NCBI GenBank assembly: GCA_963745235.1
Contig: CAVUXE010000058.1
Location: 32,001 to 96,000, forward strand
DNA: 64,000 bases
Reading direction: 5' to 3'
Origin: an uncultured Spirochaetota bacterium
GTDB lineage: Bacteria > Spirochaetota > Spirochaetia > SZUA-6 > Fen-1364
Shown: positions 21,426 through 30,240 of the stretch, piece after piece
How positions within the stretch are numbered: position 1 is the stretch's first letter
How the letters are laid out: every line of letters starts with the position of its first letter
Position numbers and translations under genes: made by a program
Notes under the pieces: generated by a model
What the model was told of the DNA's origin: nothing
The model's database searches: none
Seen by the model: only the letters and a program-made list of their open reading frames with translations

Positions 21426-22523
21426 TCAAGCCGCCTCTTGGTTTCCCCCTTTCTTGATTTCCTTCGCATAGTCTCCGAGCTTCTTCTCATAGAGCCTCGG
21501 ATCAATCCAGCGGTATAACTCGCGAGACAAGAGCATTCGGCGCATTATGGAGAAGGTCTTGCGCAGTAGAGCGATCCGCGCGCGCCCGTACCCTTTACGG
21601 TCAACCAACTCGCGGTAGAAACGAGCCAGCACAGGAGAGGAGTCCACGAGGTGGATCACCGTCTGGGTGAAGAGGCTGCGGGTTAGTCCTCGGCTACGTC
21701 GGTTGATCGCCCCGTTGTGTGTTACCCCGCCACTGGAGCGCACTGTAGGTACCACCCCCAAGTAGGAGTGTAGCCGCCGGGCGCTCCTGAACCTTGTGAT
21801 GTCTCCCACCTCCGAGAGGAAGGCCAAGGCCAACAAAGGGGTTACTCCGCGGATGCTGATGAGCAGCTTCACTTCGGCCTCAAACGGCCTGCCTGCCTGG
21901 TAGATCGCGCGTTTGAGATTTTCCTTCTGGTCCTGCAAGCTTGCCAGAAGTGCCAGGCTGGTTTTGATGCAGACACGACTTGCCGCGGAGAGCTCTACCG
22001 TCTTCAGAAGCTCCTCTGTTCCAGTAGGATTGTCCACAAGACGGTTTCCCAGTACTCGATCCCTTATCCCGTTGTCTAATAGAACCCCGTGAATCTCGTT
22101 CTTCAATTGACGGATCTGTTTGTTCAACAACTCGTACAGTCCGAAGTACCTTCTCAACTCCCGCACCACTGGTCCCGGCTGCCACACCTCCGGCAGCTTC
22201 ATCTCTCCGCTGCGTGAGGCCAGCCACAACGCCAAGGACAGATTGGCCGCGTCCCGTTTGTCCGTCTTTTGCCAAGAGTCGCGGATGATACGGAAGCGGT
22301 AGGCGTCGATCACCGCGCAGCTCGCTCCCTGGTTCTGAATCTTCTCCGCCCAGTACAGCGCTCCGGCAGAGGCTTCCAGCACAACCGCGTCCTCGTTGCC
22401 CAGGCTCGCGACGTAGCCCTTGATATCCACCTGGGTCCGCACAAAACTCTCCTCCGTTCCTCCCTCGTCCCGTACGGAAATCGTTGCGTACTTCTTGTGC
22501 AGATCCACCCCGTAATACCTCAT
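21426..22523 (-). CDS. IS110-family DEDD recombinase/transposase
   Basis: GVDLH, VLEAS and KTDKRDA (DEDD tetrad), SIRGV, YLGVVP..RSSG. Purine-rich RBS before ATG 22523. Confidence 0.94.
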   Translation of the reverse strand: MRYYGVDLHKKYATISVRDEGGTEESFVRTQVDIKGYVASLGNEDAVVLEASAGALYWAEKIQNQGASCAVIDAYRFRIIRDSWQKTDKRDAANLSLALWLASRSGEMKLPEVWQPGPVVRELRRYFGLYELLNKQIRQLKNEIHGVLLDNGIRDRVLGNRLVDNPTGTEELLKTVELSAASRVCIKTSLALLASLQDQKENLKRAIYQAGRPFEAEVKLLISIRGVTPLLALAFLSEVGDITRFRSARRLHSYLGVVPTVRSSGGVTHNGAINRRSRGLTRSLFTQTVIHLVDSSPVLARFYRELVDRKGYGRARIALLRKTFSIMRRMLLSRELYRWIDPRLYEKKLGDYAKEIKKGGNQEAA

Positions 22524-22800
22524 GTCCCCCTCCCTTCTCGAAACCCTCAGGGTCCAAACGAGGAGACTTCCTGGAAGGCGCTGGTAACTCCATCCTACTA
22601 TCCAGCATCGCCAGTGGCGTGCTATTTTGTCGGTACGGAACGGCGGTGGGTGGCCTGCCAAACTCTTAGTCGTGGTCGCCGCTCGGGTGCCACAAGCCTA
22701 TAGAAGGCCATCTACCGTCCTCCTCTTGGGTCCCGGGTCTTCGAGGAATTCAGTATACAGCCACCAACCACTTGATCATCAACGCCTTCCGGGAACTGCA
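22524..22800 (-). ncRNA. Candidate bridge/seek-type RNA of the IS110 element
   Basis: Lies downstream of the junction-formed promoter. Long-range stem GGAAGGCGUUG/CAGCGCCUUCC plus internal stems (UGGCCU/AGGCCA, AGUGG/CCACU). Boundaries are inferred. Confidence 0.55.
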
Positions 22801-22819
22801 AGGCGCATCATAACAACTC

Positions 22820-23519
22820 CTAGTCCGGGCCGATGGTCGTTCCGACGTACGCTCCGCCGGTCAGTATCCGCTCGAGGTTCGCCAGGTCCCTTCCTTCCGC
22901 AAAGACCACGGGGATGCGGGATTCAGCGGCGGCGCGGGCCGCCGTGGCGTCAAACGGCGTGTTTTTCCCCGGCGTCCAATCCCCGCCGACGATCCCCAGC
23001 ATCTCTTTCCACGTCAGTCGCTCCAGCGCGCGGGCGTCCGGATCGAGTACGGGGGTCCTCGGAATAGACCATCGCGATGTTCGACAGGTTGACGACGAGC
23101 GAGGCGGAGAACCTCTGGGCAAGGACCACGGCGTCGTTGTCCGTCGAAAAACCCGGCTTCCAGCCCGCTGCAACCATCACCCTGCCGGCAAACACGGCGG
23201 CCGCCGTGGGGTCCGTGACCAGATTCTCCACGCACCAGGGGCGCAGGATGCGGCGCACCAGCTCGCCGTTCAGCCGTGTGGCGGCTATCCCCACCCAGTC
23301 CTGGTCCTCGCTGCTCGCGGCCGGAGCCACTTCACGCAGCGCTGCCTGGTATTCGCGCGCGAGGCTTCCTCCGCCGCAGACGATGATCAGCTTGCGGTCC
23401 TGGTCCCCCGCAAGGTAGCTTTCCACCAGGCGCGCAAAGCCGTCGAGGTAGGAGATGTCCAGCCCGTGCGGCGCGATGATGGATCCGCCCAGGGAAATGA
23501 CGGTGACATTCGGCATCAT
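22820..23519 (-). CDS. pyrH: UMP kinase (archaeal/spirochaete type), frameshift in the G5 run at 23051-23055
   Basis: VISLGGSII, IVCGGGSLAREYQ, DWVGIAATRLN, GWKPGFSTD and WTPGKNTPFD...YVGTTIG. Confidence 0.92.
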
Positions 23520-23525
23520 GGGTGA

Positions 23526-23576
23526 ACTATAGCAGAGGACCCTGCCCTTGCAAAATAAGGGCTGGGAGTCTATATC
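23526..23576. promoter_or_regulatory. Back-to-back sigma70-like promoters for pyrH and serA sharing a palindromic TTGCAA -35
   Basis: Plus strand: TTGCAA(23548-53)-N17-TATATC-N6-ATG. Minus strand: TTGCAA-N16 (ending TGC)-TATAGT-N6-ATG. Confidence 0.55.
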
Positions 23577-23582
23577 TGCATC

Positions 23583-24539
23583 ATGGAAAAGATGAAAGTC
23601 TTCATTGCGGATTCGATTGCGAAAGAAGGGATGGCGGAGTTCGCCCGCTACCCGGAGCTGGAGCTGGTGGTGAAAACCGGATTGTCCCCGGAGAAGCTCG
23701 CCGCGGAGCTCGGAGACTGCGTCGGGCTGGTGGTGCGCTCGGCCACGCAGGCTTCGCGGGACGTCATCTGCGCAGGCAAGAGCCTCAAGGTCATTGGCCG
23801 GGCCGGCGCCGGGGTGGACAACATCGACGTCACGGCAGCCTCTGAACGGAGCATCGTCGTTCTGAACACCCCCGGCGGAAACGCGGAAGCAGCCGGAGAG
23901 CTTGCCGTCGCCATGATGTTCTGTCTTGCGCGCGAGATCGCGCGGGCCGACGCGTCCATGAAGGCGGGGACGTGGGACAAGAAGAGCTTCAGCGGGTGCG
24001 AGCTCCTGGGAAAGACGCTCGGGCTCATAGGAATCGGCAACGTCGGACGCATCGTCGGCACGCGGGCCCTTGGCCTGGGAATGAAGGTCATGGCCTATGA
24101 CCCGTTCGTGAGCGCGGACAAGACAAAGGCCCTCGGATTTGCGCCGGCGGGATTCGATGAGGTCATCCGGGCGGCGGACTTCATTTCTGTTCATGCCCCC
24201 AGGACTCCGGAAACGAAAGGGATCCTGAACGCGGCGACCTTCGCAAAAATGAAGAAGGGCGTGTACATCCTCAACTGCGCGCGCGGCGGAATCGTCGTGG
24301 AGAAGGACCTGCTTGCCGCCCTGGAGGACGGGACGGTGAAGGGCGCTGGAATAGACGTGCACGAGAAAGAGCCTCCGGATGACTGGAGCCTGGCGCGGCA
24401 CCCCCGCGTGCTGGCAACGCCGCACATCGGGGCTTCGACCGCCGAGGCTCAGGTCAATGTCTCCGTGATGATCGCGAAGCAGATCGCCGCGTACCTCATC
24501 AAGGGTGAGGTCATCAACGCCGTCAACGGGGTGGCATAG
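23583..24539 (+). CDS. serA: D-3-phosphoglycerate dehydrogenase-like protein without an ACT domain
   Basis: VVRSAT, GRAGAGVDNID, GIGNVG, NCARGG and TPHIGASTAEAQ. Confidence 0.85.
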   Translation: MEKMKVFIADSIAKEGMAEFARYPELELVVKTGLSPEKLAAELGDCVGLVVRSATQASRDVICAGKSLKVIGRAGAGVDNIDVTAASERSIVVLNTPGGNAEAAGELAVAMMFCLAREIARADASMKAGTWDKKSFSGCELLGKTLGLIGIGNVGRIVGTRALGLGMKVMAYDPFVSADKTKALGFAPAGFDEVIRAADFISVHAPRTPETKGILNAATFAKMKKGVYILNCARGGIVVEKDLLAALEDGTVKGAGIDVHEKEPPDDWSLARHPRVLATPHIGASTAEAQVNVSVMIAKQIAAYLIKGEVINAVNGVA

Positions 24540-24619
24540 GCGCGTTCCCGCGAGCTTCGGACCCCGGAGATATTGCCGAATCGCCGGTACGGGGGTACAT
24601 TGCGACAGGGAGCGGGAAT

Positions 24620-25390
24620 ATGAGCTCTGACATAACTGACCTCCTTCGGGACTGGGAGTTCGACTCAGACAATCAGATCCGGATCATCCAGGCGGACGAT
24701 GGCAGACAGGTGCTACAGGTGCGCCAGCCCATGGGGATCGAGCAGTATGAGCTGGACGGACGGCCTGACGGCAAACGGCCCCTGGGTCGCGAGAGCATGG
24801 TGGAGGAGTACCAGGCGCGGCTGGAGAACTACCGGTCTGCCCACGGAACCGATGACGGCTTCGCGATAACGCACGACGATTTCGCCAATCTTCAGGGGGA
24901 AGGAGTTCTGTACTACTTCCGCTATCTCGTCCTGTTCCAGATCGGTGACTTCGTGCGGACGGCCCGGGACACGGAGCACAATCTCAACCTTTTCACCCTC
25001 GTGGAGAAGTACGGGGCGAATGACGAGGACCGAAAGGACCTGCTCCAGTACAAGCCCTACGTCGTGCGCATGAACGCAATAGCCCGGGCCATGATCTCCC
25101 TTCACAAGGAAATGAAGGATGCGGCGGAGGACATCCTCACAAACGCCATCAGCGCCATCGAAGGGATGAACGAGATCGACACGCCGGCGTTCCAGTTCGA
25201 ACGTGTGAGGTCGCTCAACTACCTCAAGGCGACACTGAAGCAGATCCATGAAAAGAAGGAGACGCCCCTGGACGCGCTGAAGAATGAGCTCTCCGCGGCC
25301 ATCGAGGAGGAAGACTACGAGAAGGCGGCTGTGATCAGGGACCAGATCCGCCAGGCAGAAGAAGACCCCGCCGCCGATTCTGCGGAATAA
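24620..25390 (+). CDS. UvrB/UvrC (UVR) motif-containing protein
   Basis: GIEQYELDGRPDGKRP N-terminal motif and C-terminal AIEEEDYEKAAVIRD. Confidence 0.85.
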   Translation: MSSDITDLLRDWEFDSDNQIRIIQADDGRQVLQVRQPMGIEQYELDGRPDGKRPLGRESMVEEYQARLENYRSAHGTDDGFAITHDDFANLQGEGVLYYFRYLVLFQIGDFVRTARDTEHNLNLFTLVEKYGANDEDRKDLLQYKPYVVRMNAIARAMISLHKEMKDAAEDILTNAISAIEGMNEIDTPAFQFERVRSLNYLKATLKQIHEKKETPLDALKNELSAAIEEEDYEKAAVIRDQIRQAEEDPAADSAE

Positions 25391-25455
25391 CGTCTTTCCG
25401 TCGCATCTTGTTCCTTCGCGCTCACGCTGGTATCCTCATGGCAAGGCACGCACAG

Positions 25456-25803
25456 ATGATCAGGAAAAAAGCAGAGATGGAGAGAGAGGTGCGCGAGCGC
25501 ATGCGCGACGGCACGGGGGTCGTGGAGATCCTCCATGTATTCCGGCAGAAGGAGCTGCATGGAAAGGTCCGACTCCTGGCGCGCATGCGCCTCGTGAAGG
25601 GCAGCTCGATCGGGTACCACCTCCATGAAGGGGAGGAAGAGATTTTCTACATCCTATCCGGGACCGGCCAGGTGACAGAAGGAAGCACCACCTCCACTGT
25701 CGGGCCGGGAGACGCGGTCCTCACCGCAAGCGGCGGTGGACATTCCATCGAAAACCTGGGTGAGGAACCCCTGGATTTCCTCGCAACCATACTGCTGTAT
25801 TGA
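25456..25803 (+). CDS. Cupin domain protein
   Basis: SIGYHLHEGEEEIFYILSG...GGGHSIEN. The start may be 25438. Confidence 0.88.
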   Translation: MIRKKAEMEREVRERMRDGTGVVEILHVFRQKELHGKVRLLARMRLVKGSSIGYHLHEGEEEIFYILSGTGQVTEGSTTSTVGPGDAVLTASGGGHSIENLGEEPLDFLATILLY

Positions 25804-25814
25804 GACGGTAATCG

Positions 25815-28262
25815 ATGCTCGCCTTTCTTCGCTCCCCCCGGCCGCCGGACAGGCTGGCAAGCTCGTTCCGCTGGCTCGACAGGAAGCTCTTTCCCCGGAC
25901 AGAGGCCCCCGGGTATTCCGCCCGCCACGAGCGTGGCTCGTTTCGGCTGGAGCTTCGCAGGGAGAGCTACTTCGCCTGGGAGACGATGGTGCCCGAGAAG
26001 CAGGTTTCTGACTTCGTCCTGGAGGCGGATCTGGAGGCGGACCCTGCCAACGGGCATTCGGCGCTTGGCGTTGTCCTGCGGCACGTGAACGACGAAAACT
26101 TCTATTTCTTCCTCATCTCTTCCCGCGGGAACTACCGCTTCGACCTGCTCTTCAATAACCATCCCCGGCACCTCGTCGAATGGACCCCTTTGCCGGAAGC
26201 GGACGGCCCGACGAGGAGGCTTTCCGTTGTCGCCCATGGCTCTCATTTCTCTTTTGTCGTGGATGACGAGTGGGTCGGTGAAATCGATGACGAAGTACTT
26301 CCCGCCGGGGGAGTCGGATTCGCGGCCCAGACGTTCCCGGGGACGAAGGAGGGGGTGTTTCGCATAAGGCGGATCGCGTTGAATGCCCACCCCCTGGACG
26401 TGGAGCGGGAGCACCTGCGCTGGACGTACTTCTTCCCCGTGTCGCCGCAGGCCCGCGTCCGGCTGGCCGAGGCCTTTTTCGGCATGGGGAGCTTCAGCGC
26501 GGCGGTTGTCCAGCTTCGACGGGCGCTGAAGGGCAGGGAGGGAACGGCCGCCGAGCACTTCCTGCTCGCGGAGTCCTGCGCCCGGCTGTCTCTCCTGCCC
26601 GAAGCGCTGACGGAGATCGACACGGTGCTTCGGCTGGAACCGGGGCACACGGGTGCTCGCAAGGAGAAGCCAAACCTCCTCTACCTCGAGAACCGACTGC
26701 TGGAAGCCCGTGACGAGATGAGCGCCCTCCTGGCAGACGGGACAGTGCCTTCCGGACCCGCGGACTGGAACCTGCTCGGGAACGCTGAATACGGCCTGGG
26801 CAACTGGGCGAAGGCTTCAGAGGCCTATTTGCGGGCCTGCGATGCGCAGCCCGACATGCCTCTTTTCCTCGGAAACGCCGCGCGCAGCCGGGAAAAAGAA
26901 GGACGCATGGAGGAGGCCAGAGACCTGTACCTGAGGGCCGCGCGCGTCCTGTTCGCCGAAGAGACGTTCGACGAGCTGTCCCTGCTTCTGCCTCGACTCC
27001 ACGCCCTGGATCCCGGCAACCCGGAGGTCCGCTCCCTCGAGGCGAGGATGCTCTACCGGGAGGGAAAGACAGAGGACGCATACGCCATCCTCGGCGCGCT
27101 CGCTGAGGAGGGGAAGGCTGACGGCACGGCCAGCTATCTCCTGGGCATCATCCTCAGCGCAAAAGGCCGCCGGGAAGAGGCGCTCCCTCACCTGGAGCGC
27201 GCGGCGCGGGCGGAACCCTCATTCCCCCTGTACCAGTTTCGGCTGGCGGAGACCCTTCACATGCTGGGCCGGGACCCGGGGTCCGTCCTGGAGACGGCCC
27301 TCACTCTCGCTCCGAACGACCCCTGGACAAACAACCTCGCGGGAATGATCAGGCTCGAAGGGAAAGACCTGGATGGTGCCGTGGAGTTTCTGAGCAAGGC
27401 GCACGCGGAGGCGCCTGCCGAGGTTGACATCTCCATGAATCTTTCCGAGGCGTTGTCCCGCGGGGACCGGCACGAGCAGGCTCTTGCCGTCCTGGACGAG
27501 CTGGATCGCGCTGTCGGCCCCAGCGCAGCCGTGGCCAACCAGAAAGGGAACGTTCGCGGCCGCATGGGTGATCACGCGGCGGCGGTGATGGAATACGAGA
27601 GCGCGCTCCGCCTCGACCCGCAGAACCCGGTCTACAAGGAGAACTGCGCGGCTGCATGCATCGAGATCGACATGGTCCACAGGGCGGAGGAGCTGCTGGG
27701 CCAGGTGGAGGAGGAGCACCCCTCCGCGTCCGTCTACAACCTGCTGGGCAACGTCGCGGTCCTGAAGGGAGAGCTCATTCGCGCGGAGATGGCGTACGCC
27801 GCCGGCCTCCGCATCCAGCCGCGCAACCCCGACCTCCAGGTCAACCTCGCCATGCTGCACCTGCAGAAGAACGAGTATGGGAAGGCGAAGGAGATACTCC
27901 AGGGCGTGCTTGCGTCGACTCCCGGTCACCCTCGCGCGGCGCGCGTGCTGGACAGAGCGCGCGCTCAGCGGGAGACGCTCATCTCCTGCGCTCAATGCGG
28001 CCGGCAGTGGTGGGCGCCGAAAGACCTGCCATCCCAGCCGGGGTTGAAGATTCGAGGCGAGCCTCCCGGGGATGCCCCCGCGGGCCGCTGTCCCACCTGC
28101 GGCAGGGTCTCCTGCGTCGCGTGCGCCTCAGCCCACATCAGGGACATGCACTTTTTCTGCGAATACTGCGGAGAGAACCTGAAGCTCTCGGAAGATTCCC
28201 TCAAATGGCTCCTTGCGCGGGCAATCGAAGCTGCGCCCGTACCCGGGGAAGGGGATGGATAA
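25815..28262 (+). CDS. TPR-repeat protein with N-terminal beta-sandwich (DUF1080-like) and C-terminal Cys-rich domain
   Basis: Repeated helical TPR motifs (e.g. NLLGNAEYGLGNW, ALRLDPQNP). C-terminal CAQC, CPTC, CVAC and CEYC. Confidence 0.85.
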   Translation: MLAFLRSPRPPDRLASSFRWLDRKLFPRTEAPGYSARHERGSFRLELRRESYFAWETMVPEKQVSDFVLEADLEADPANGHSALGVVLRHVNDENFYFFLISSRGNYRFDLLFNNHPRHLVEWTPLPEADGPTRRLSVVAHGSHFSFVVDDEWVGEIDDEVLPAGGVGFAAQTFPGTKEGVFRIRRIALNAHPLDVEREHLRWTYFFPVSPQARVRLAEAFFGMGSFSAAVVQLRRALKGREGTAAEHFLLAESCARLSLLPEALTEIDTVLRLEPGHTGARKEKPNLLYLENRLLEARDEMSALLADGTVPSGPADWNLLGNAEYGLGNWAKASEAYLRACDAQPDMPLFLGNAARSREKEGRMEEARDLYLRAARVLFAEETFDELSLLLPRLHALDPGNPEVRSLEARMLYREGKTEDAYAILGALAEEGKADGTASYLLGIILSAKGRREEALPHLERAARAEPSFPLYQFRLAETLHMLGRDPGSVLETALTLAPNDPWTNNLAGMIRLEGKDLDGAVEFLSKAHAEAPAEVDISMNLSEALSRGDRHEQALAVLDELDRAVGPSAAVANQKGNVRGRMGDHAAAVMEYESALRLDPQNPVYKENCAAACIEIDMVHRAEELLGQVEEEHPSASVYNLLGNVAVLKGELIRAEMAYAAGLRIQPRNPDLQVNLAMLHLQKNEYGKAKEILQGVLASTPGHPRAARVLDRARAQRETLISCAQCGRQWWAPKDLPSQPGLKIRGEPPGDAPAGRCPTCGRVSCVACASAHIRDMHFFCEYCGENLKLSEDSLKWLLARAIEAAPVPGEGDG

Positions 28263-28420
28263 CCAGTGCACGGCCTCGAAGCGGCCTCCCTCCCGCACAT
28301 CCCTGTGCTCGGTCGGCCTCGACATCCTTGTCTACGCTTGACAAACATTGGGCCATCGATAGTATGGTAATAACAGATGAGCGCTCGCTGCGCGCTCGGG
28401 AATCGACAAAAGGGCACTTG

Positions 28421-29095
28421 TTGAGCAGAAAAGCTTTCATACTTTCTCTTTTTCTCATTTTCGTTGCATGCCTGTCGTTCGCGCAGGAGATGGTGTCCGC
28501 GGAGAAGTTCTTTGCCGCCCTGTCGACAAGCTTCGGGGCGGTCAAGGACTACGAAGCGGCAATCACCATTACGCAGGGGAAGTCCGTTTCTCATGGAAAG
28601 GTTTCCTATAAGACTCCGTTCTACCTCCGTATTGATTTTGATGACCCCAAGGGCCAGGTGGTCGTCTTCAACGGGGAGACGCTCACGTTCTACTCTCCCC
28701 AGTACGAGGTTGTCCTCGAGCAGAAGTACAAGAAGAAGGGCGCGGCCCAGATAGAGAATCTTGCCAGCAGCCAGGGGCTGACGCTCCTGCAGCGCAACTA
28801 CTCCATGGCGTACCTCACAGGGCCCGCGCCTGTTCCGCTGGAGGACGGCTCACGGGAGATGGTCGTGAAGATGAAGCTGACCTCGCATGGCACGACGGGC
28901 TTCAACCAGCTCATCGTCTCCGTAAAGGACCAGCTCATCAGGAGGATCGAAGGGACAGAGGTGAACGGAGACAAGGTCACGATGGACATCGCCAACATCC
29001 GCGTCAACCAGGGCGTGCCTGACGAACGGTTCAACTATGACCCTCCGCCCTATGCGAATGTCATCTCCGACTGGCTCTTTGATCCGGAAGAGTGA
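28421..29095 (+). CDS. lolA: LolA-like outer-membrane lipoprotein carrier
   Basis: Signal peptide, YKTPFYLRIDFDDPKGQVVVFNG, and NQGVPDERFNYDPP. TTG start is inferred. Confidence 0.8.
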   Translation: MSRKAFILSLFLIFVACLSFAQEMVSAEKFFAALSTSFGAVKDYEAAITITQGKSVSHGKVSYKTPFYLRIDFDDPKGQVVVFNGETLTFYSPQYEVVLEQKYKKKGAAQIENLASSQGLTLLQRNYSMAYLTGPAPVPLEDGSREMVVKMKLTSHGTTGFNQLIVSVKDQLIRRIEGTEVNGDKVTMDIANIRVNQGVPDERFNYDPPPYANVISDWLFDPEE

Positions 29096-29100
29096 GGCAT

Positions 29101-30240
29101 ATGGAATCGATCGGTGAGAAGCTTCGGCTCGCCCGAGAGCGGAACAACCTGACGATAGACCAGATTGCCCGAGACACCCATGTTGCGAAACGGTTCCTGA
29201 AGGCGCTGGAGGACGAGGACTTCTCCGTTTTCCCGGGTGAAACGTATGTCATGGGTTTCCTGCGCAACTATTCAGAATACCTGGGGCTGAATCCCGAGGA
29301 GCTGATCACCGTCTACCGCAACATCAAGATCCAGGAGCAGCCGCTGCCCATGAGCGAGCTCCTGGAGTCGAAACCGAAATACCCGCCGCTCCTGGTGGTC
29401 GTTGCCGTGGTCACCGCCGTGCTCATCCTTGGCGCAACCGGCTACCTCATCTATCGGGCAGCCTCCCACGGCGGGGGAACCGCGCCTGCCTCTGCCGGAT
29501 CACAGCCGGGCGGCCACCAGGAGTTCGTCTTTCAGGACGAGGTCCGCACCATGTGGTTCGCGTCGGGAGACGTGATCAGCGTGCCGATTTCCGGCAAATC
29601 ATATCGCATCCAGATCGGCTCGATCGGAGATACGCTGACTCTCAAGGTGCCGGGCGGCACGGTGGATCTCAGCCTCGGCAAGGAGAGATACATAGACCTG
29701 CAGGGGGATTCCTCCGCTGACGTCAAGATCGTCTGGAATGACGTGGACCGCACCTCCCCGCAGATGCGGGTGAACCTGGGGCTCTACCGCACCTCGGGTC
29801 AACCGGCCGACACCTCCGCGGGAGCGGGCACGCCTGCGGCGGCCGGGCAGGCCCCGGATACCGGCGCCAACGCGGTCCCGGCCGCGGCTGCCGCTCCGCC
29901 CATGCGGAGCGCGGACTTCGCCCCCGTTGCCCTCCTGAAGAACGCCTCCTCCGAACCATTCACTCTTGCCTTCACCTTCAAGGGAGACTGCCTGTTCCGT
30001 TTCCTCGTGGACGACAAGGATCGGGAGGACCGCTTCTTCCAGAAAGGTGAGCAGTTCAGCATCGAGGCCGCCAGGAACCAGGTTACCATCTGGATGTCCA
30101 ATGCCGGTGCCGCCCGGATGCGCGTGGACAACAGGGATTTCGAGCTGGGCGCGCTCGGAGAGGTTGCCACACGGAAGGTCGCCTGGCGCAAGGATGCCGC
30201 GGCGGCCGGGTATGTCCTCGAGATCACGGCGCTCTACTAG
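29101..30240 (+). CDS. rodZ: RodZ-like HTH membrane protein
   Basis: IGEKLRLARE, ALEDEDF..FPGETYVMGFLRNYSEYLGL, one TM helix and a periplasmic beta domain. Confidence 0.8.
   Translation: MESIGEKLRLARERNNLTIDQIARDTHVAKRFLKALEDEDFSVFPGETYVMGFLRNYSEYLGLNPEELITVYRNIKIQEQPLPMSELLESKPKYPPLLVVVAVVTAVLILGATGYLIYRAASHGGGTAPASAGSQPGGHQEFVFQDEVRTMWFASGDVISVPISGKSYRIQIGSIGDTLTLKVPGGTVDLSLGKERYIDLQGDSSADVKIVWNDVDRTSPQMRVNLGLYRTSGQPADTSAGAGTPAAAGQAPDTGANAVPAAAAAPPMRSADFAPVALLKNASSEPFTLAFTFKGDCLFRFLVDDKDREDRFFQKGEQFSIEAARNQVTIWMSNAGAARMRVDNRDFELGALGEVATRKVAWRKDAAAAGYVLEITALY

Larger units (their letters stand above)
21414..22822 (-). mobile_element. IS110-family insertion sequence
   Basis: CTA core at both junctions (21414-21416 and 22820-22822). 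Sub-terminal inverted repeat TATGATGCGC (21415-21424) / GCGCATCATA (22803-22812). About 296 bp non-coding upstream of the recombinase. Confidence 0.85.
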
